This document shows positions 27,307-32,039 of a stretch of DNA of 32,039 nucleotides, piece by piece; positions within the stretch are counted from its first letter, which is position 1, and every line of letters begins with the position of its first letter. A program made the translations under genes and the position numbers. The notes under the pieces were generated by a model. That model did no database searches and had not been told where the DNA came from. It saw only the letters and a program-made list of their open reading frames with translations. The stretch is from sequence record SRR22947725_2346. One strand, given 5' to 3'.

Positions 27307-27371
27307 AAAAGTCGTATGAGTATTCGCGCCGAACAAACCCCTTAAATAATTTTCCATGACTGGAACATGAT

Positions 27372-30260
27372 ATGTGTGCTGACACGCCTGAATATAAAGA
27401 TACAATAAATTTACCTGTAACTGACTTTCCCATGAGAGCTGGGCTTCCTGGGCGTGAACCTATTTGGTTAGAACGTTGGTCGCAAATAGGGATATATGAT
27501 AAGTTAAGGGAGAAAAAAGGACGAGATTCTTTTGTGCTTCATGATGGACCACCCTATGCGAATGGTCATCTTCATATTGGTCATGCATTAAATAAAATTC
27601 TAAAAGATATGGTTGTTAGATCTCAGCAGATGATGGGAAAAGATGCAAGGTATATACCTGGCTGGGATTGTCATGGTCTACCAATAGAATGGAAAATTGA
27701 AGAGCAATATCGTAAAAAAGGCAAGAATAAAGATGACGTTCCTATAATCGAATTACGTCAAGAATGCAGAAAATTTGCTGAAGGTTGGGTTGATATTCAA
27801 CGAGAAGAATTCAAAAGATTAGGTATTACAGGTAAATGGGATAATCCTTACTTAACCATGAACTTTCATGCAGAAGCTGTTATTGCTGATGAGTTTATGA
27901 AGTTTGCAATGAATGGTTCTTTATATCAAGGCTCTAAGCCAGTTATGTGGTCGCCTGTTGAGAAGACAGCATTAGCAGAAGCCGAAATTGAATACCATAA
28001 CCACAAGTCTCACACTATTTGGGTGCCATTTAAATTTAAATCTGCCCCAGATGAAATAAAAAACGCACGTGTTGTTATTTGGACAACTACGCCTTGGACT
28101 ATTCCTTCAAACAAGGCTATCGCCTTTAATCCAAAAATTTCTTATGGAATATATGAAGTTATTGAAACAGAAGAAGAAAGCTGGACTGCTCCTGGCCAAC
28201 AGTACATTTTTGCAGATGTTTTAGCAGAAGAAACATTAACAAAATCACGAGTTGTTAAATTTGAGCGTGTATCTGATGTACATACATCAGACTTGGATGG
28301 TGCAATTTGTTCACACCCACTTTCTGAAATGGATGAATATTGGTCATATGATGTACCGATGATTGATGGTGATCATGTAACAGATGAAGCGGGAACTGGC
28401 TTTGTTCACACCGCGCCGAGTCATGGTGCCGATGACTATGAATGTTTTGTAAAAAGAAATTGGTTAGATCGAATGACCCACAATGTAGGTGAGGCTTCAG
28501 AATTTTTGGACCATGTCCCATTTTTTGCAGGCCTAGAAGTATTTGATAGAAAAGGTAAAGAAGGCAAAGCAAATAACGCAGTAATTGCTAAGTTAGTTGA
28601 AGCTGGAGGAATAATAGCGCGCGGTCGTGTTGAGCATAGTTATCCACATTCATGGCGGTCCAAAGCACCAATAATATTTAGAAATACACCTCAATGGTTT
28701 ACTTCAATAGATAAAGAAATTGGTGGAAATAATGAACATGGTAAAACTATCCGCCAACGTGCACTCAAAGAAATTGATAATGTAAAATGGACGCCTCAAA
28801 CTGGTAGAAACCGTTTATACTCAATGATTGAAGCTCGTCCTGATTGGGTCATGTCTCGACAACGTGCATGGGGAGTACCGTTAACGTGCTTTACACGCAA
28901 AAATGCTTTACCAACGGATCCAAATTTCATTCTGCAAGATCAAGCAGTTAATGACCGGATAGTGGCGGCATTTAAGTTAGAAAGTGCTGATTGTTGGTTT
29001 GAAAAAGGAGCAAAAGAGCGCTTTTTAGGTTCAGATTATAATCCTGAAGAATGGGATCAAGTTTATGATGTTTTAGACGTTTGGTTCGATAGTGGATCTA
29101 CACATGCTTTTGTAATGCGAGATCGTGACGATGGTGCAGATAATGGCATTGCTGACCTTTATTTAGAAGGAACTGATCAACATCGTGGATGGTTTCATTC
29201 TTCATTATTGCAATCATGTGGAACAAATGGACGAGCGCCTTATAAAGGTGTTCTAACTCATGGTTTTACACTCGATGAAAAAGGCATGAAAATGTCTAAA
29301 TCAGTTGGAAATACGATCGCTCCAGAGCAAGTTATTAAACAGTATGGTGCTGATATACTCCGTCTATGGGTTGCACAGGCTGACTATACAGCAGATTTAC
29401 GAATTGGGCCTGAGATATTAAAGAATGTTGCTGACAGTTATCGCAGACTTCGAAATACAATGAGATTTATTCTAGGAAATCTTAATGATTTTAAAGATTC
29501 AGAAAAAATTGAATATTCCGATATGCCAGAACTTGAACAATGGGTTTTACATCGTTTAGCCGAACTTGATTTGGTAGTCAGAGATGGCTACGCGGCTTAT
29601 GATTTTCAGGGTGTATTCAGTCAAGTTTTCCAGTTTGCAACAGTTGACCTCTCAAGTTTCTATTTCGACATAAGAAAAGATGTACTTTATTGTGATGATA
29701 CAGATGGCAAACGACGCAAAGCTGCACGAACTGTGCTTGATATATTATTTTATCGCATAACAACTTGGCTTGCACCAATGTTATGCTTCACAATGGAAGA
29801 TGTATGGTTGCAACGTCATAACGAAAATGATGCATCAATACATTTAGTTGATATTCCAGAAACTCCATCTGATTGGTTGAACGATGAATTGGCAACAAAA
29901 TGGGAAACAATTAGAAATGTAAAGCGCGTAGTAACTGGGGCAATTGAAGTTGAACGCACAGCAAAGAATATTGGTTCCTCACTAGAAGCCGCACCAGAAG
30001 TATATTTTAATTCATCAAATAATTTAAAAGATCTATCAGAATCTGTTGAATTTGCTGATATTTGTATCACGTCCGATATTAAATTAATTGAAGGAGCTCC
30101 ATTAGATAAAGGTTTTGTACTAGATGATGTTCCACATGTTGAAGTCATTTTCAAGAAAGCTGATGGGGATAAGTGCATGCGCTGTTGGAAAATAACAACG
30201 GATGTAGGACAACAAAAGCATGATGGTTGCTGCCAACGATGTAGTGACGCATTAGGTTAA
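27372..30260 (+). CDS. ileS: Isoleucine--tRNA ligase (IleRS1 type)
   Basis: [40 protein letters not shown] and a C-terminal CMRC..CQRC zinc finger. Confidence 0.98.
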   Translation: MCADTPEYKDTINLPVTDFPMRAGLPGREPIWLERWSQIGIYDKLREKKGRDSFVLHDGPPYANGHLHIGHALNKILKDMVVRSQQMMGKDARYIPGWDCHGLPIEWKIEEQYRKKGKNKDDVPIIELRQECRKFAEGWVDIQREEFKRLGITGKWDNPYLTMNFHAEAVIADEFMKFAMNGSLYQGSKPVMWSPVEKTALAEAEIEYHNHKSHTIWVPFKFKSAPDEIKNARVVIWTTTPWTIPSNKAIAFNPKISYGIYEVIETEEESWTAPGQQYIFADVLAEETLTKSRVVKFERVSDVHTSDLDGAICSHPLSEMDEYWSYDVPMIDGDHVTDEAGTGFVHTAPSHGADDYECFVKRNWLDRMTHNVGEASEFLDHVPFFAGLEVFDRKGKEGKANNAVIAKLVEAGGIIARGRVEHSYPHSWRSKAPIIFRNTPQWFTSIDKEIGGNNEHGKTIRQRALKEIDNVKWTPQTGRNRLYSMIEARPDWVMSRQRAWGVPLTCFTRKNALPTDPNFILQDQAVNDRIVAAFKLESADCWFEKGAKERFLGSDYNPEEWDQVYDVLDVWFDSGSTHAFVMRDRDDGADNGIADLYLEGTDQHRGWFHSSLLQSCGTNGRAPYKGVLTHGFTLDEKGMKMSKSVGNTIAPEQVIKQYGADILRLWVAQADYTADLRIGPEILKNVADSYRRLRNTMRFILGNLNDFKDSEKIEYSDMPELEQWVLHRLAELDLVVRDGYAAYDFQGVFSQVFQFATVDLSSFYFDIRKDVLYCDDTDGKRRKAARTVLDILFYRITTWLAPMLCFTMEDVWLQRHNENDASIHLVDIPETPSDWLNDELATKWETIRNVKRVVTGAIEVERTAKNIGSSLEAAPEVYFNSSNNLKDLSESVEFADICITSDIKLIEGAPLDKGFVLDDVPHVEVIFKKADGDKCMRCWKITTDVGQQKHDGCCQRCSDALG

Positions 30261-30264
30261 TGAT

Positions 30265-31101
30265 ATGAGTATAAGTGTATTTATTGCTGTATTATTTGCA
30301 GCAATATTGCACGCGTCATGGAACGCTATTATAAAATTTGGTAATGATAAGCTTCAAGGGATGGTACTTTTATCATTAGCGCATGGTATAATTGGTTTTT
30401 GTTTAGTTATTTTTTTTCCTCTACCAATGGCTAACGCCTGGCCTTGGCTAATTGCTTCGGTTTGTTTTCATTTATGGTATAAATTATTTTTAACTAGTGC
30501 ATATGAAAGAGGTGACCTAAGTCGAGTTTATCCAATTGCACGCGGTACAGCACCTATAATTGTTTTAGTTTTTAGCTCTATTTTCTTAATCGATGCTATA
30601 TCTTCAAAAGAAATATTTGCAGTGATTTTTATTGGTATTGGAATTTTCATATTAGGATTTGGTGTATTTAGAAATAAAGAAACTTTAGCCTTACTTCCAT
30701 TTGCATTATGCTCAGCTCTTGGGACAGCTGGCTACTCAATAACTGATGGTCTTGGCGCTAGGGCTGCTGGTAATGTTACAAGTTATATTGGTTGGCTATT
30801 TTTCTTAGATGCAATCGTATTCGTGATATTTGCTTTTTTTAGGCGAGGGTCAAATATTCTACCCAAAAAACCCTCTACTTGGGCATTAGGATTAATAGCT
30901 GGATCTGCATCAGTATTAGCTTATTGGATAGCAGTTTGGGCAATGACTATTACCCCAATAGTATTAGTTGCTGCCCTACGTGAAACATCAGTTTTATTTG
31001 CAGTTTTTATTGGCGTATTCTTCTTCAAAGAAAGAATGGGAAAAAGCAAAATTTTTGCTTCTGTGTTGATTGTTTTTGGAATAATTATTATGCGCTTTTA
31101 G
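30265..31101 (+). CDS. EamA/DMT-family membrane transporter
   Basis: About 10 hydrophobic helices; LHASWN, GDLSRVYPIARG, AALRETS. Confidence 0.88.
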   Translation: MSISVFIAVLFAAILHASWNAIIKFGNDKLQGMVLLSLAHGIIGFCLVIFFPLPMANAWPWLIASVCFHLWYKLFLTSAYERGDLSRVYPIARGTAPIIVLVFSSIFLIDAISSKEIFAVIFIGIGIFILGFGVFRNKETLALLPFALCSALGTAGYSITDGLGARAAGNVTSYIGWLFFLDAIVFVIFAFFRRGSNILPKKPSTWALGLIAGSASVLAYWIAVWAMTITPIVLVAALRETSVLFAVFIGVFFFKERMGKSKIFASVLIVFGIIIMRF

Positions 31102-31783
31102 ATGGGAAAAGCTGCTGAATTATTCCAACTGATAATAGATAAATAGAAGTAATAGCTAGTGCTGTTGTTATAAATGGCCCTGCATTAAAGTTCGTCCACG
31201 CAGATATCCCAGCAAGCGCTGTCCAAATTATTGCTATTGGTAAACTTATTGATCTCCATCTAATCGTTCTAACAGGATGGATAAATTTCAAAGGAGTAAA
31301 CATTGAAGCCGCAAGTATTATTACAAAGACAAGAATAACATAAAAGTTTGGATGAGTAGCAAAAACAACAACGGCAAACATATTCCAACAACCTGGAAAG
31401 CCTGAAAAAGAATTATCTTTTGTTTTCATTCTAGTATCAGAAAAATATAAGGCAGAGGTAAATGTTATAATTATTATTGTTACCCATCCTGTCCAACCAT
31501 CTAATAAGCCAGACTGAAAAAGCGCATATGCAGGAATAAATACGTATGTTAAATAATCAATAATTAAATCTAATAACACACCATCATATTCTGAAGCATT
31601 ATCCTTTACGTTATAATGACGTGCCAGTGGTCCATCTATACCATCTACAAAAAACGCAATTACCAACCACAGAAACATCATATCCCACCGGGAATCTACT
31701 GCAGCTAGCATTGCTAGCATAGCAAAAACTGCTCCTGTTGCAGTTAAATAATGAACTAGAAGTGCTTTGATATGTAATGTCAT
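31088..31783 (-). CDS. pcs: Phosphatidylcholine synthase
   Basis: VH.LTATG, CDP-alcohol phosphotransferase motif DGIDGPLAR..G..LDLIIDY, FSGFP..WN, FIHPVR. Confidence 0.9.
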   Translation of the reverse strand: MTLHIKALLVHYLTATGAVFAMLAMLAAVDSRWDMMFLWLVIAFFVDGIDGPLARHYNVKDNASEYDGVLLDLIIDYLTYVFIPAYALFQSGLLDGWTGWVTIIIITFTSALYFSDTRMKTKDNSFSGFPGCWNMFAVVVFATHPNFYVILVFVIILAASMFTPLKFIHPVRTIRWRSISLPIAIIWTALAGISAWTNFNAGPFITTALAITSIYLLSVGIIQQLFPSKSA

Positions 31784-31830
31784 TCTGGCTTCATATAGGA
31801 GTTTAAGAAAAACTCAACCTTTCGATTAAT

Positions 31831-32039
31831 TTATGCTTTGGGGTGAGATTTTTTGTAAACTTCCATTAAGTGAGCTTGGTCTACTGCAGTATATGCTTGT
31901 GTTGAGGAAAGCGATGCATGTCCAAGTAATTCTTGAATAACTCTTAAATCACCTCCTGCTTCCAAGAGGTGTGTGGCAAATGAATGTCGCATAGCATGTG
32001 GTGAAGCTGAAGACGGTAAACCTAATTGCATTCTAGTTT
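31831..32039 (-). CDS. xerC: Tyrosine recombinase XerC, 3' fragment (gene starts outside the window)
   Basis: [36 protein letters not shown]...YKKSHPKA: H-x-x-R, H and Y catalytic residues. Confidence 0.85.
   Translation of the reverse strand, partial: TRMQLGLPSSASPHAMRHSFATHLLEAGGDLRVIQELLGHASLSSTQAYTAVDQAHLMEVYKKSHPKA

Noticed and set aside
27197-27433. Two minus-strand ORFs (78 and 67 aa) in the truA-ileS spacer
   Set aside because: They overlap the ileS start and have no motifs; the region is better explained by the + strand promoter, leader peptide and hairpin.
31831-32039. Tyrosine recombinase as a marker of a prophage or integrative element
   Set aside because: The sequence is XerC-like and sits beside pcs in a housekeeping context; no att sites, tRNA or phage genes were seen.

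Overview
An AT-rich (roughly one-third GC by eye) marine Rhodobacteraceae/Roseobacter-group chromosomal segment. Positions 1-19.9 kb are a nearly complete methylated-amine catabolic island: tdm, a small secreted protein, tmm, gmaS, mgsCBA, an atypical Amt channel followed by an uncalled 57-aa membrane microprotein, dmmDABC, an XRE-cupin regulator and the TMAO ABC transporter tmoXWV. Next come a LysR regulator divergent from xdhABC, a DUF1127-like small protein with an uncalled 57-aa downstream ORF, and housekeeping genes (truA, ileS, an EamA transporter, pcs, 3' end of xerC). Gene names come from motif and synteny recognition, not database searches. The best signals outside the ORF track are: (i) a leaderless Ile-rich leader peptide with a hairpin upstream of ileS; (ii) the Amt, with altered substrate-site residues, paired with a microprotein instead of glnK; (iii) a shared 14-28 bp box 18-19 bp upstream of the predicted -35 elements of tmm, mgsA and dmmD; (iv) the DUF1127 plus microprotein pair behind a LysR-type palindrome. 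No mobile elements, CRISPR arrays, tRNA or rRNA were seen.
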